From: Botryllus schlosseri | Lineage: Eukaryota | NCBI GenBank assembly: GCA_051294905.1 | Contig: CM119372.1 | Span: forward strand, 124,001-188,000 | Reading direction: 5' to 3' | DNA: 64,000 nt | In this document: positions 26,917 to 41,192 of the stretch, one piece after another | How positions within the stretch are numbered: the stretch's first letter is position 1 | Layout of the letters: the number at the start of each line of letters is the position of its first letter | Position numbers and translations under genes: made by a program | The notes under the pieces: model-generated | Seen by the model: only the letters and a program-made list of their open reading frames with translations | The model's database searches: none | Told to the model about the DNA's origin: nothing

Positions 26917-28408
26917 CACTTTACCAAGCGTACATCTGTATTGGCCATATTATTATTTCAGGGTTGTACTGGGGCAAAGGGCCTTTGCTCTAGTCGACGA
27001 GATGGATCTTTGGGATGGGGAGGAGGGAGGGAGGAATCTAGTAAATTGCATGCATGTGAGGCCTGAGTGCATGATTGCGTTATGTTTATTCGGACCCTCA
27101 CGAGGATCAGGTTTATGGAATTCATGAACTTTCTATTGACATAAACAGTGAAAAAAGGTGAAGACTCGATAGAGATGATTTTGTTTTCATATATTACATG
27201 GTCAACAAGCCAGAAAAATAATTGGGTAAATGTCAGATGTGGATGCTGCTGCCACGAAATATTTGCACAAGGATGTCTCATATTTAGGCAAGGATAAGAC
27301 GGGACACCTCTTCTATAATATATATATTTGCCAAGCATAGTAATGTAAGGAATCTGATATAACCCATCTTGAAACAATGTTACGGGAATGTGGCTGTACG
27401 CTAGGGTTATGACTTGAAAGAAATTCAAAATTTTGTGTGTCCTATAGTCACAAGAGATGAACTTTTGTGTCCTGATTTCAAAATTAACAAAAACCTCCCG
27501 CACAAAAATTTTCCAGTTTTCACTGTATGAAGGATAGGCTTTTTTTGTAGATACAGACTATATAATATGCATACCGACTTATTTGAATTTAACTGACATA
27601 ATTCCAATTGCGAAGATTTAAAATGGTGTTTTGGTAAATTATGATTGCCCAGATTGAATTATTCCGATCGTTTTCTTGCTTACAGTCAAAATTAAATAAA
27701 TAATAAATAATTATTAATCTCGATTTCAGATGTAGATGTAGATATCGTATAATTTCTATTTGTCTGACACGAATCCAAGGGTTCGAAAAGGCGTAATTAG
27801 AACAACTCAACATATTTTCAGCGGTCTAAAAAACCGATTCGAGGAATTGGATGAAAATTCGAAAGTGCCATATCATATGTGGCTGGTGATACTGGGCGGC
27901 GGAATGTCGTTGTGAAAATGCAAATTGCAATGGTGAGCAAGGGTTTTCATAAATCACAATGCATTGGTTGCCAAGATAATATTACCGATTCTTAAAGCAT
28001 ATGTCAGAGTTCCTCAATCCAACATCCTCAACAAATCCAACTCTCAGCTACAAATTTGGAGATGATATGGTAAAACACTACGAAAACTTGGTACAATCCA
28101 CCAAGCCATAATTTCAAATGAAAATATTAGAAAACCGAGAATGGAGTGATGATTTTAAGTTATCTATGTGCTGTCCAGAGCGTGCCGCTCTTTCAGAAAA
28201 AATAGTAGATTACCACTAATCAACTAGCATAAACTTCCATCTCTACGCAATGCGAGATGGAGCTCAAGGGTATGATTCCGTACTTCCAAATCCCCAGATG
28301 GAGAGTAACTCTTGAGATATCATGCTTATTCATCGCAAATGGTTGTCAGGAAGCCTGGTATTCTAACCAGTTGTCTAGAGATGAAATATACTATAGCCCG
28401 ACCTATTA

Positions 28409-30969
28409 CACTGGTCAACAAAATGAACAAAAATTTTTAAGGCAGAACATCTGAGAGCCGTTTCTGAGGTTTTTGAGGTTGCTGATTACGAAAATCACAT
28501 TAGTTTTGTCAGATTGGCTCTCTGTCAGAAGATATTTATACCCCTAAAAATGCCCAAAATTACTGTATTTAGCCCTAAATATTTCACTTGGTGGGAAGAA
28601 AATCGTAGTTTTTTTCTAATTTTACACTGCGCATAAATGGCTAATTGACTATGAATAACCATCATGTCATTCTCAGTCATTCTATCAATATTAACATGGC
28701 ATGATGCGAAATATTTGTTTGTCAAAAAAGCAGCTTGTCAAGCCTAAAAATTGTACTTTTCCAAAACGGAAATTAATCTTCTCCTGTATCAATTGGTCAT
28801 TCTACCAAGATTAAAGAGGAGTATAAAACTATAAAATTTGTCTGTGAGAGACTTAACTACAATACTTATGTGTCTCATTTCTTTTGACTGGTAAATGGAT
28901 AATTTATACCTAGTAACCCTATCAAACGAGAAGCTTAAATCTGGTATCTGGTATATTCGAATACCGATGAAAGATTCCAATTTCACATTAGGAGGAGTTC
29001 ACAGCATGTAATTTCTCCTAAGATGTAGTAAATAAAACTTTTTAGCTGATCACAAAGCACCCAACTACAAACAGTTGGTCCGAAAATTCGTATGTGCATA
29101 TCGAAAACTTGGAACAAACATGAGCATAAAAGTTCACTTTCTGTTCAGTCATCTTGATATATTTCCCGATCATCATGTTGATTAGCAAGGGGAGAGGTTC
29201 TAACACAGGGGTCGCCAACTCAAAATAGGTCGCGGGCCACTTTTCCAAATTCCTGGAGGCCGCGGGCCGCATGACATCAATATCGATATAAAAGTAGGCA
29301 ACGCAGTTCAACAACCACGTCTGATAACTCTACGTTATTACAACGCTGTGCTTTCTAACATAGGCGACGGTTATAGTCACCACAAAAGAACTAATATTTT
29401 ATTGAACGAACACAAATACAACAAAAAGTATCATGATCATCAATGTCATTATATTTTGGACTATGAGCTGTACACGATACCTGACAATGACAACACTCTT
29501 TAGCCGCTAAAACAGGGGTGGCCAACATTTTTGTAATTCACGGCCGCATTTCGCTTACTCATGTAGCCTGCGGCCGCATACCAGTGGTTAGTCGTGATAA
29601 ACTAGCTGGGGCCAAATACCCACGTTATCATGTCCATGTCCATGTCCATTGCCGGTACACTCCGAACTAATCTATATGCACATATCGGCTTACTATGCGC
29701 ACCAAATCGTTAGTAGTTATGTTATAAAGAGCCACAGAGAACCAATCTGTAGTCACGCGAAGCGCGAAAAATTTTTCATGTTCATGAGTTAATTTCGTCC
29801 ATAAATATTAGTATAGTTTCACATATTACTATAAAATATTTATCCTTTCTCGGCCAATCTGATCAGATTCCCAGATACAGCTGATACAGGGGGTATCTGT
29901 AAAAACTTAGGGTTGTTATTACAAGTGTCGACAGCCGCATAATTTTCCTTCTACTGCTGCAGATTGGCCACCCATGGATTGAAGAATCAATATTGGGGTT
30001 AGCTATACACGGTAGGCCTACTTGCTAGACAACTATCTCCTCGTAAAGCATGGTCTTTTGAAGCGCCCGAAGTCGTTTTGCAGGCGTCTCGGTCTTGGCA
30101 GTGGTGGGCCATTGCACGTCAAGGCAATATTCCCATTCGTACTAGCAAATTCTTCATCCGTGGAATGATATTACCATGCCGAAGCCGTATCAACTAGTGA
30201 GTAATAGTGATAGTGGGCACATAGAATGGCTCACTTTGAAAAACAACAACATTATGTTTCAACTGAAATCAATTTTAGCGTTTCAACATGATTTACTAAG
30301 CGTTTTTCTGAATTTTTTTCAAATCAGGTCGCGGGCCGCAAAATAGGACCTCCGCATGCGGCCCGCGGGCTGCGTGTTGGAGACCCCTGTTCTAACAAGA
30401 CATCAGAACAACAATAGAAAGATACCAGGGCAGATGAGATGAACCATTGATCATATTATGTCAGACCGTTGCCGGAACGTTTTGAGAAACTGCACTTAAT
30501 AGCTTACAGGCGAAAATCGTACAAAAAATCAATTTCAATTTAAAATATATCAATAATATTGTGTTCCAACTGATTATTTCAAATTTACAATAGGTGGTTG
30601 ACGTAAAACTGATTGAATTAATGCCACGTTATTTGAGTATCTAGGTAAAAATACTTCCGTGAAAGTCTGTAACTATGATAAATCTAATACCCCAAAGTAT
30701 AGTGCTGTTGCTGTATTTTGATTTAATGTAGTCTTCTGTGTGTAAAAATAACAAGTAGATTGAATTTCTAAACTTTATAGTACCACTAAGTCGATTTTAC
30801 ATCCAGTCATTACCGCGAAAATGGGAGATTTTGGTCAAAACAGCCCCATGGGTTATCTCCACAACAAGAGCCAATTTGAAAAAACTAAGATCATATTCGA
30901 AATCAGTGCCCTTCAGAACCCCCAAAACCACTCTTACTTTGTCTGCCTAAAAATATGTGTTGACCAGTG
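28409..30969 (+). mobile_element. Chapaev3-like (CMC superfamily) transposon remnant
   Basis: TIR CACTGGTCAACA; 3-bp TTA TSD; decayed transposase YRKLGTNMSIKVHFLFSHLDIFP...QGERF-QDI...ERYQGR, split by the 29206-30389 insertion. Confidence 0.8.
29206..30389. mobile_element. Buster-type MITE containing a further MITE (about 29512-29976)
   Basis: Ends CAGGGGTCGCCAAC / GTTGGAGACCCCTG; perfect TSD TTCTAACA. Confidence 0.88.
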
Positions 30970-33900
30970 TTATCAGTTCGCCGATAATATCGGGACGATA
31001 TCACATTTTGAAAGAATTATTGGTATCGACCATTGAAGCTGAAAAATTATCGGCAATTTTCGTGACGTCACAACATTGCGGTAGGAAGTCACAAAACCAT
31101 CATCTTTGACCGCTAGACTGAGAATATTGATATATGTCACATAGCTTACACTTAACAGGTGTCCAGATGTATCCTTTCTAGCTTTCTAGTATTTCATATT
31201 TAAGTAAAACAATGGCTGCAAAGATATTCAAAAAATTGTCTGAAGCTTTGAAAATGTGCTTATGTATATCCAACTTCTTTTAAATATCGGCTGAATGTAT
31301 CGGGGTTCTCGGTCAAGGTGTGAGATATCGGTATCGACCTAGAAATTCAATATCGGTCGGGCTCTAAAGTATACCAAAGTTTATTTGCTACTATCTTTGC
31401 GCTCGAATGTCCTGCAGCGATAAAGTGCCTAAAAATCCCATTGCAAGTCGGATATGTCTGTTGTAGATGTCCCTGACACTAACATAATAGCAGAAAGGGA
31501 AGTCAAATTGATGGATGAACTTTACCAGAAGTGCAAAAGGACATATATAAAGATTAAATTTGTAGCAAAGAATACCTTTGAATTGTAAATTTTTTCTATA
31601 TTTGGACCAGTGTCGCAAATTGAAGTTAATTTGTGTGGGACATTTTTTTCGATTTGGACAAAATGATTATAATTTTATTAATTTATACCAAAATGTTCAT
31701 TAACTTCTGCTACAGGCAATTTTTTTTTAGTCATAACCCTACTGTACACGCTTGATGAAGAAAAATAAGTCCCTTGCAGTTGACACTATTGTCAAAAGTT
31801 GCTGGAAGCTTCCCAGGGCCAGAAGAAAAAAAGCAACTTCATACAGCTACACTTTTCAAAGCTATCACCTCGTCGATAAGCGTAACGGTGAGATGCCAGT
31901 GTAGAGATCAAAGTCCGTACACACATATATATATATATATATATTTACCTATTAGACTACTTTGGTGGACAGTCGTGTTTTCGAAGCAGTTGGGCGACAA
32001 TACGCACCAACAGACGGAGACAAGCTAGACCACTAAAGATCTCTGAATTAGTTTTGACATGTGGATTCCGCCCGTGGTCACTGGAAATTAGCAGTTTATA
32101 TCGCAGCGTTTAGAATATTCATGAAATGTCCGCCAACTGCGGTCGCCCTAATTTTTTGACAATTTTTGCAATACCTAATAGACCACTTCAGTGGACATTG
32201 GACACTTAGGGAGACATTCCGCCATTTTGAGTAATCATGACCATATTCGTTACCGAGCCAAGATGGGCATTATCGTCGTATTATATGTTAAGAGTTGGGA
32301 ATCAGTTTCGTCAAAGGAGTCATACCAGCCCCTACATATTCAATTGTACCTCCCAAGAAGTCATACACCAATGGCAATCAATTTTGACGTCACTCTTTGA
32401 AATTCACGACGTCATCGTTGAACGATATCGATGATCACTATATAGCGCTATATGCGCTATATCTTTTCGTTTAAAAGCTGTTGTTAAAATACCCAACATT
32501 TGTCCTTATAGGAAGCAACAGTTGTCAACCCTGCAGATTAGATCACCAGTTCTCTACGGCTAGTATGCAAATAACTACGACATTCAATGACTACCTTGCT
32601 GCGATAGCAGATCTCAGTTACAATAAAATAATAAATATATTCGTTTATTATAATCGGCCCTAATATCCATCGGAAGCTTCTTGTTTCATGGACTTGGAGT
32701 GTATTAGCAGGTGTAAGGCAATTGTCGGCTTAACGTAAGGCACACTTTTTGATCCATTATTACTAGTGCTGCGAGGCAGAAACCTTCGAATAAAGACTAC
32801 TTTAACATGTCTCTACCTTCGATCTCAGACTCTCGTCATGTTAAAGCCGCTTCAAATTGTAAGGAGTTAGTTGTTTACCGTACAAACTTCGCCACGCATT
32901 CATGTTTTCTCTTTAAAAACCCCACAACAGATTACAGAGAGTCTTGATTAGTGATAATCGTGGTACTTGATAATTGCTAACTTCCATTTGTTTAATAGCA
33001 ATACGCCAACTTGTTTACTGTTTCGACGCGGCACTGATGCCAATGAGTGCCGATTTAGCAGGCGTCGAATCCTGTCTGCTAAGCTGAATCTGCTCTTGGA
33101 CTCGCTAACCTTGCGTATCAGTCTTGTATTTCAACAGAATCAAGCAACCCACATCGAAGATTAAACAATGGGAACTTCGGAATTGCTTTAAGAATACTAA
33201 GATACTAATACAAGATAGTGAGTCGCAATAGTGCTGGCTCGTCCGTTGCTCGATGGTATGGAGGACGAGACAACGGTAGCGAGGGCAATGTATGCAAGCG
33301 CAAAAGGGCAATCTAAAACAGTAATCAAACAATCAAATCACTAAAATCGTACAAATACAATTAGTACAAACACAAAATACAAATGTCGAAAGTCGAACTG
33401 ATTCCTTTGAAAAGGTTATCAAATAAAGGAGAGCAAAAAGATGCGCAATCGCAAACGAGTGGTGTTCAAAAAAACTTCTTTCTCAAATTTCATCGACTTA
33501 ATTGTCAAATCGTCAGGTTACCTAAAAACGTTGTACACCAAATTTGACTCAATTTTAGCCAGTAGTAGCCGAGGTCAGTCAAATTGAAATTTCGGTAATT
33601 TTTGAAATAATAGTATTTACGGTGACCAATTTCGTCACACGATGGCGACTAAAAATTGGGTTTCAGGTATGCCTAAAGAGGCGGGGATGTTTTTCCATTT
33701 TTTTCTGATCTGTGGAGTTTGGATGAAGACATCGCCAAAATACGAAAAAAAGATATGTCACGGATTAGCTGGAATTTAGTCCAAATCATTGAAATAACTC
33801 CGTTAAAAGGGTGGTGAGATAATTTTTTGAAATTAAGGACCACGAAAATGAAATGAACTGACAAGCAGGTAAAATACGGGTAAATATATTTCTCAAGTGA

Positions 33901-36900
33901 TAGTAACATAGTATTTTTTGTCGGACCAATTTAGATTTCATGAAATCAATCCCAGTTATGCAGGGCATACCGATGTCTCTCTGCCTTGATTCGAAGTTTT
34001 TACTGATTGCAAGGTCGCCATTCCCAAAATCTCATCCACAGAGACATCAATTGCATTCCTCAGCAACTCAGCGTTTGAATATTTCTCTGCTACTTGACAT
34101 TTACTGATCCAGGGCGTAAAAATGATGGTGATTGCAATTGAGAATGGGCTATGCCAATAAATGGTATTTATGAGTTGAAAAGGCATTTACGGTACTTCAC
34201 ATAAGCGTTGATAATAGAGCTTTGTATGTGCTGGAAACTTTGCGAGCTTCAAGGAAACTAGATGGTAACCCACTGATCTTATGAAGCACATTAGATATTT
34301 TCTGGTCTTTCAACATCACCAGAACCCCCTTCTTGTCATAAAGTAATAAAAAGCATTAGTGTTTTAACATGATATATGTATACAATTAGATTGAATGGTA
34401 TTCACCGAATGTGGAGGATGACATGAAGAGAGGACGATGATTTTTGATAGGAATAAGATCTGTCACGATGCCCATTAGTCTTATAATCCGCCTGTAAGAG
34501 TACTATATAGGAGTGCTGCAGAGTAAATGATAGAATATCATAAATATCAAATTGCATCGTGAAGGAATCTACCTTGGACCGATAAAGAATATAGATATTG
34601 ACTATCACTTGAAAAATATATTTACCCGTATTTTGCGTGCTTATTATCAGTTCATTTCCTTTTTGTGGTCGTGAATTTCAGTGTGTAAAGTACTCTATTT
34701 GAAAATTATCTCACCATGGTTTCAACGTGTCTATTTCAATGCAGTGGACTAATTTACAGCTCTTATGTGTCATCAATTTCTTTCATTTACTGGCGATGTA
34801 GGCCCTTGTCAAGATCAAAACATGTGTAAAAGACATCCCTGCCTCTTCAGGCATAAAAGGAACACGATTTTTGGTCCTGTCGGTGTGACGAAATTGGTCA
34901 CCGTAAATACTATTATTCTAGCAGCGGAGCGCAAAATCCAGCACACCTAACCGAACATTCGCCGCTTTCACAGACACGCCTAGATCTCCAATTCAATCAT
35001 GCTCGTTAGTGAGAGCGTAGCGAGATAGCGTATAGTGGAATAATCCACAACCGCAAAACCAGCTGATTGCGGTTTCGGGTCCGACCGAGGTCGACTCCAA
35101 ATTTGTACTAAGGTGTTAAAGGTTTATCTCGGCTTCTACGTACCATCTCATTTGCGTATTCGTTGTCTTATGAAGGTAAATATGGCATACAAAGATATCG
35201 GCATGGTGTAAAATGTGAACAATGTAGTCGAGCACCGTGAATATCAAACAATAACGACCAAAATTGTTGCGTGGCGCTATATTGCGGCGTGAAAATTGCT
35301 TTCATGAATGGCATCGATCTGATGTCGTCTATGTTCAGATACGCGCCTTTCGCAGATGAAACACATTAACCTAGCTTTACCGGCTCGGAGTCGAATGAAT
35401 CTTCACTAACCTATACTAAAACAGTCAGAGTGGGTTTGTTGATGCAGCCATCCATCCAATCTTAGCGAGTACACCAGTCAAACCAGATTCGAAATAGTGA
35501 AGTCATGTAATATTGACCTTGATACCGATAGCTTTCCTTCATGTGTAATTTCGTCACTAAATGCTATATTTGTCGCCAATGCTACGTTGACTACGCGTTT
35601 TTGTCAGGTATCATAACTTTTACGGGTAATTACCCTGCCTGATAAATTATAATTACAATTATCAACATGCCCAAAGCGCTGAATCATATATAAAATTATC
35701 CCAACCTATCTTCATTGCCAATTGCGAGCCTTCTTGATTACCCTGGCGCTTGATGGGGTCATCATCATTGTAAACGAGGTATTGCATGCGACCTAGTGTT
35801 ATTTAATAGGCTCCAGGCTCTGCCTATGTCTTCAGGCCTCTGCTTCAAATCCCGGACTCATCATAAATGTACGTACGTACACTCGCACAGTACATTTACC
35901 AGTAGAAATGTACGTGGGACAGTAGCATTTCATTATGATATCTAGTTATTACCATCCCGGTCACTTATGAAGTATTTGTCTCCGCCAAAGCAACTAATGG
36001 TTTCCATTCGCGCAAATGACTTTCTTTGGTCAATGTCCAGCATTGGTCTAATAAGTGGTTGTATTGGAATGTTATCGATTTCCAGCAAACCATTCATTAG
36101 TTATATACAATACATGCTCATTGCTAAACCTCAAACCTGTCACAAATTGGATACGATAGCTCACACAACCAAGGCCCGTAGCAAAATAGCATATTTGGCA
36201 TGGCATAAGCAGAATTTCACTTTTTTCACAGGCGGGCTATCCGAGGTTCCGCCTCGGTCGTTCACGCCACTGGGCCGTACGAGGTACCGTTGCGTTTGTC
36301 TCCGGGCCCCGCGTATACCGATATCCGATAGGATCGTATCGACTTTCAGACGACTCAGAATCGGCCTTCAAAAAACTGTGTATAGCGTATTTTTCACAGT
36401 TTTTGAATCGCCGATTTCTCGCCAACCGAATATCGTAGCCGGATAAATCTGGTACCGGCGGACGCGTAATTCGATTACGATTCCAACGATGCTCGAAACA
36501 TGGGGCTGAGACGCGTAGAAAAAAATTTGCCACCAAAACTCCGTGATGGTACGCCAATAAGGGTTAGGTGTATGGTTTTTCGAGCGATCAGTATCACAAC
36601 ACAGATCGAAATACCGATCGACAACCGCTGGTATTAGGGGTTCAGCAGATGTATCCCAGTTTTCGTCTCCTCGAACTGAACGCGACGATACCCGATTCGA
36701 CGGCGTGGGACCTGGGGTTGACCCGGTATCGGTGTTCGAAAAGTCGATTTTTGCGTCCTAGGGGCTACCTAATTCGCAGAATCTAAAGACCGATCAGTAG
36801 CTTAGGAATAGCCTACTTTTATCACAAACAATATAACATGCCGCCTTTCTTACAGAGATAGGCGCAATTCACAAAGTTGAATTAGGTCGATGACTTTAGT

Positions 36901-36911
36901 ATTGTATACGT

Positions 36912-38458
36912 CAGGGGTCGGCAACCTTTTGCTAGTCGCGGGCCAAATTTCGGGTTTACAACTTTTTGGCGGGCCGGAATTTTTCTTAGTAGTATATTTT
37001 ACGCTCACTTCGGTATGTTATCCTACACTGCTGCAATCTCAATCATACCAATCGGAAGACCCATGTATTTACACTTCAACAACACAGAATAAATGTGACA
37101 AGACAATTAACGCAGCTTGTTTTGTGAAAGGTTTTCAACTTCTGGTAACAAGTCAGATGAAACAAGAATCACACCCTATTCAAAATGGACGTCCGAAATA
37201 CGTGATCTTAGCTTGCTCTTCGTGAATTTCATTATTCAGAACTATTGTTCACATGCGTACGTGCTTACAAAAATCAATGCAATTTCTTTTGCATTTGGTC
37301 AAGCTGGGATAAAGGCTAATTTCAAGAATGTAATCTTTGTCGAAGTCATGCAGCAATATGCTCTTTGTATGAAATTTGTCATTCAATTCAACTGCATCGC
37401 ATTTCAGAAAGGCCCATTTGAAATTTTCAGGCAATGTTATGGGCGTCCACATTTAACGGAGTACTGAATAGTCAGAATTCATTTTGTAGAGAAGGAATGT
37501 TGGAAAAGCGGGTGAATATTCAGTAGTTAAATTTCGTATCACAGTTACAAATGTAGTGTTGGTACTAGGTTTTCTCTCCTCCAGTATGGGAAAGTGAGCA
37601 TAATTTTCTTAGTACTGTTGACATTCACAGATTTGTTTTGAATGCGCCTTAACATCTCATGTATTTAGTAGTTTTCCCACTGAAGTTGCAAATTCAATTT
37701 GTTCAGATGTGATATTAAATGTACCAGGAAAGCAAGATGAGATACCCATTTTCGATTACAAGATTATGAGTCGGTGATATTTGTGTTTTCGAGGAAAGTT
37801 GCTATTTCATTTCTCAGTTCATACCCTCGTGTAAGCATAGCTGCTCGACTTAATGCGCGAACATGACTAACTGACTCACTAAATGACTGACGTAACTGAT
37901 TCAGTTAAAGAGATGAAAATCATATTAACAGTTTTTACCATTGTGGCCAAAACACTATTCAGGTTTGTTGTCTTGGCACACAATGCCTTCTGGAAAACTA
38001 AACTATAGATATGCTAACTAACATACGGAGGCTAGTTATCTATAATTGAACAGTTTGAGATTCCGTCATTGCGTCTGAGACGTTCCAAGCGTTTTTGAAG
38101 CAAAGGAAGGACACCTTTATTGTCACACCCCATTCGAGTGGTAAACCCTTTAAAAAAAGTATGGAACACCTTCGCTTGCGGGATACACTCGATTGATAAG
38201 CACTGATCAAGTCTAGTCTATCTCCATCTCCTACTTCGACCACCTTCGTTTTATGGCGTAACAATAGAACAATACGATGTAGGCTACTATTATATCGTAG
38301 CAATGCCGCATTTTTTCATGCAGTGCTACACTGCAGATTGAAACTCATTATGAAACGGCGGGCCGTATTCTTGTGATAACTAATTATTATGTCGCGGGCC
38401 GGACGATTTCGCTTGGCGGGCCGGATCCGGCCCGCGGGCCGTAGGTTGCCGACCCTTG
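36912..38458 (-). mobile_element. Defective Buster/SPIN (GTF2IRD2-like) hAT transposon
   Basis: TIR CAGGGGTCGGCAACC; perfect TSD GTATACGT; minus-strand remnants WVSHLAFLVHLISHLNKLNLQLQ and STYACEQ. Confidence 0.9.
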
Positions 38459-39378
38459 GTATACGTATACGCGCGAGTAATTGCGCCTTGGTATACGTAT
38501 ACGCGCGAGTAATTGCGCGTTATCAACTGGTAAGGTCTTATGTCCGCTGTCGCCAAGTGATTGAAAGATTCGTTTCAGCGTATTAGCAGGTTATTGTAAA
38601 TGGACGTTACTTTGAAAGCTGTACTATGAATCAACAGCTCATGGCCCTCCAGTTTCATGACAAGTATATTAGCATGAATCCTAAACACGAATCTTATATG
38701 AAAAGTTAGACGCAAACATGCGTGATGGAGTTACTTCCCAATCAGTGTTTTCACCGAACGATTCGTTCTGCGTATTGAAGAGTATTCTACATAGCTGCTG
38801 AATTCTGCGTACATTAGCATACAAATTTGGATGGCCACGCTGACTTCTTTCCATGACAAAAAGTGAATATAAAGTATAGAATGCATTTCCCTTCTGTTGT
38901 AAGTGTTATATTTCGTTAACTACTTCACGCGGAAGGGTAAATACTGGGCAGGACAGTTGCCAAACGGAGGCTGCGTCCTGTGATCTTTCCCCCACTAATT
39001 CAATTCATGTCGTGGTAGATTTTGACTGCGTTACGCGCTTTCTGACAGATTATTAAACGTCTATGTGAGTAGCAACGGATTCAGAATCTTCCTTGAAAAC
39101 GTGTTCACAGAACTCAATTAGTAAAATGTTGACTTCACGCTCAATATATCTGGGAATAGGCCTACTTTGACGCGTAACGTCAACTTTATATTGTTTCCCG
39201 ATTAATTTCAAATAATTCAACTAGCTAGATATTTTCTAAATATTGATAAATCGTATATATACGCTGTGTGAGAGAGCACATAGTTACGATAACATCTGCC
39301 CTTTCGTTTTATTGATTCTTTTCAAAATCAAGTGTCTGGCCTATGATAAAGCTCCATCTTGATGAAGCAGCCTATGAT

Positions 39379-41192
39379 TAGAGCCCGACCGATTATCGGC
39401 TCGCCGATAATATCGAGTCGATATCACGCTTGGAGAGAAATATCGGTATCGGCCATTGAAAGTAAAAAAATATCGGCCATTTTCGTGACGTGACGTAAAA
39501 AATATTATAGATAACTAACCACCGTTATGCCCCACTGACTTCGTGGGAATCCCCCTGCAGTAATCGATCACCAAAGACAGAGAGCAGCTGGGTGGATAGT
39601 TGTCTGCAGAAGATTTCAATCAGTAAGAGAAATGAGAACTTCAATCATACTGTACTGACCCTCGTAATGATAGAGAAAAGCGTCGCGTCGAAACATTTCT
39701 CGGTTCGGTACCAACAGAGCTAATTATTCCAGTAATGTATGAAGTCGTCTGACTGAGGCCTGTTGGACCACCATGATAGGAAATATACAATAGGGCTCTT
39801 CAAAAATGACTTTTTTTCTCAAATCGTACTGGCTACTTGATAAAATTGTTAGGTTACCTAATTTAAGCCTACGCACAAAATTCGGTTCAATTCCAGCCAG
39901 TAATCGCTTTGCTACAGGAGAAGAAAGTTTCTAATTGTTATATAAAAATAAATAATGAAAAATTTGAAAATTTTCTGTTCACCCCATGAAAGTGTTAGGC
40001 TGTCTATAGAAACGATCCTCACCAAATTTGGTTCAATTCCGACCAGTGGATGCGGCGTTATTGCCGTCGAAAAATTTTGATTCGAATAAAATAGTATTTA
40101 CGGTGAGCACAACTACAATAAATAAACAAAGAATCGGTCACCGTAAATACTATTTTATTCAAATCCAAATTTTTCGACGGCAATATCTCCGCTTCCACTG
40201 GTTGGAATTGAACCAAATTTGGTAAGCATCGTTTCTATAGACAGCCTAACACTTTCATGGGGTTAACAGAAAATTTTCAAATTTTTTATTGTTTATTTTT
40301 ATATAATAAATATAAACTTTCTTTACCTGTAGCAAAGCGGGTACTGGCTGGAATTGAACCAAATTTTGTGTGTAGGCTTAAAATAGGTAACCTAACAATT
40401 TTATCAAGTAGCCAGTACGATTTGAGAAAAAAAGTCATTTTTGAAGAGCCCTAATATACAAGCATAGAGGGCAAGAAAATCAAGCAAACGTGGAGTTAAG
40501 CCAATAATTGATACAAAAATTCTTGATTTCATGATGACATTGGCCAATTCTGACAAAAGAGTGTAAAATGTTGATCAATTGATTGTTGAAATGCTGGTCA
40601 TGGACCATGATGGTCAAAGGCCGAAGGGGGATGGCTGGAGCGGTTGCAGACATGGACAATTTGAGTTGTTTTGCACATTCTCTTCAGCTATTTGTTAATG
40701 ATGTGCGGAAGGCTCCAGGTGCATTGCCAGAAGAATATCAATATTAATATCAATATATGGTGAAACCATTGAAGGAATGATTCCCTGCAAGGGAGCGGTG
40801 GAACCGAAATGAAGAAAGATTTCCAATTCTTGCTGTGCCACTAACTATGGTACCAAGTGAAAGACTGCTCAATGTGTTTAGTACTATATACATCATCTAT
40901 GGAAGACCACAGAAGATCACTCCGAGAAATTGTGCTTCGTGGACTGTAATCTGCAATTACTGGATTGGTGCTTTTTATATATTTTTATAGTTTCTGGATC
41001 ATTTGTTTCATGTTCAAGCATATCAATGGCTGTAAAGTTGTTGAAAGAAATACTCTGATGCGTTAAATATGGGCCTTGAGATAGATTCCATATTGTTTGA
41101 ATATCGGCTTAATATATCGGGGTTATCGGTGGAGGTACTGGATATCGGTCTTATCGGTATCGGCTCAGAAATCCAATATCGGTCTGGCTCTA
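39379..41192 (+). mobile_element. hAT (Ac-like) deletion derivative
   Basis: TIR TAGAGCC(C/A)GACCGAT; perfect TSD CCTATGAT; remnant WNRNEERFPILA...VPSERL near 40800-40870. Confidence 0.85.
39791..40453. mobile_element. Long fold-back MITE (TAGGGCTCTTCAAAAATG family)
   Basis: Near-perfect inverted arms of about 320 bp; TSD ATATACAA; other copies at about 3375-3686, 15430-15802, 33460-34920, 53440-55820 and from 61147. Confidence 0.9.

Larger units (their letters stand above)
28392..31366. mobile_element. hAT (TAGAGCCCGACC-type) MITE hosting the Chapaev3 insertion
   Basis: TIR TA(T/G)AGCCCGACC; TSD AAATATAC / AAGTATAC; CCGATA subrepeats; sister copy at 39379-41192. Confidence 0.8.

Noticed and set aside
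26958..27503. 181-aa minus-strand ORF
   Set aside because: No recognisable motif or convincing splice signals; composition resembles AT-rich noncoding or decayed DNA.
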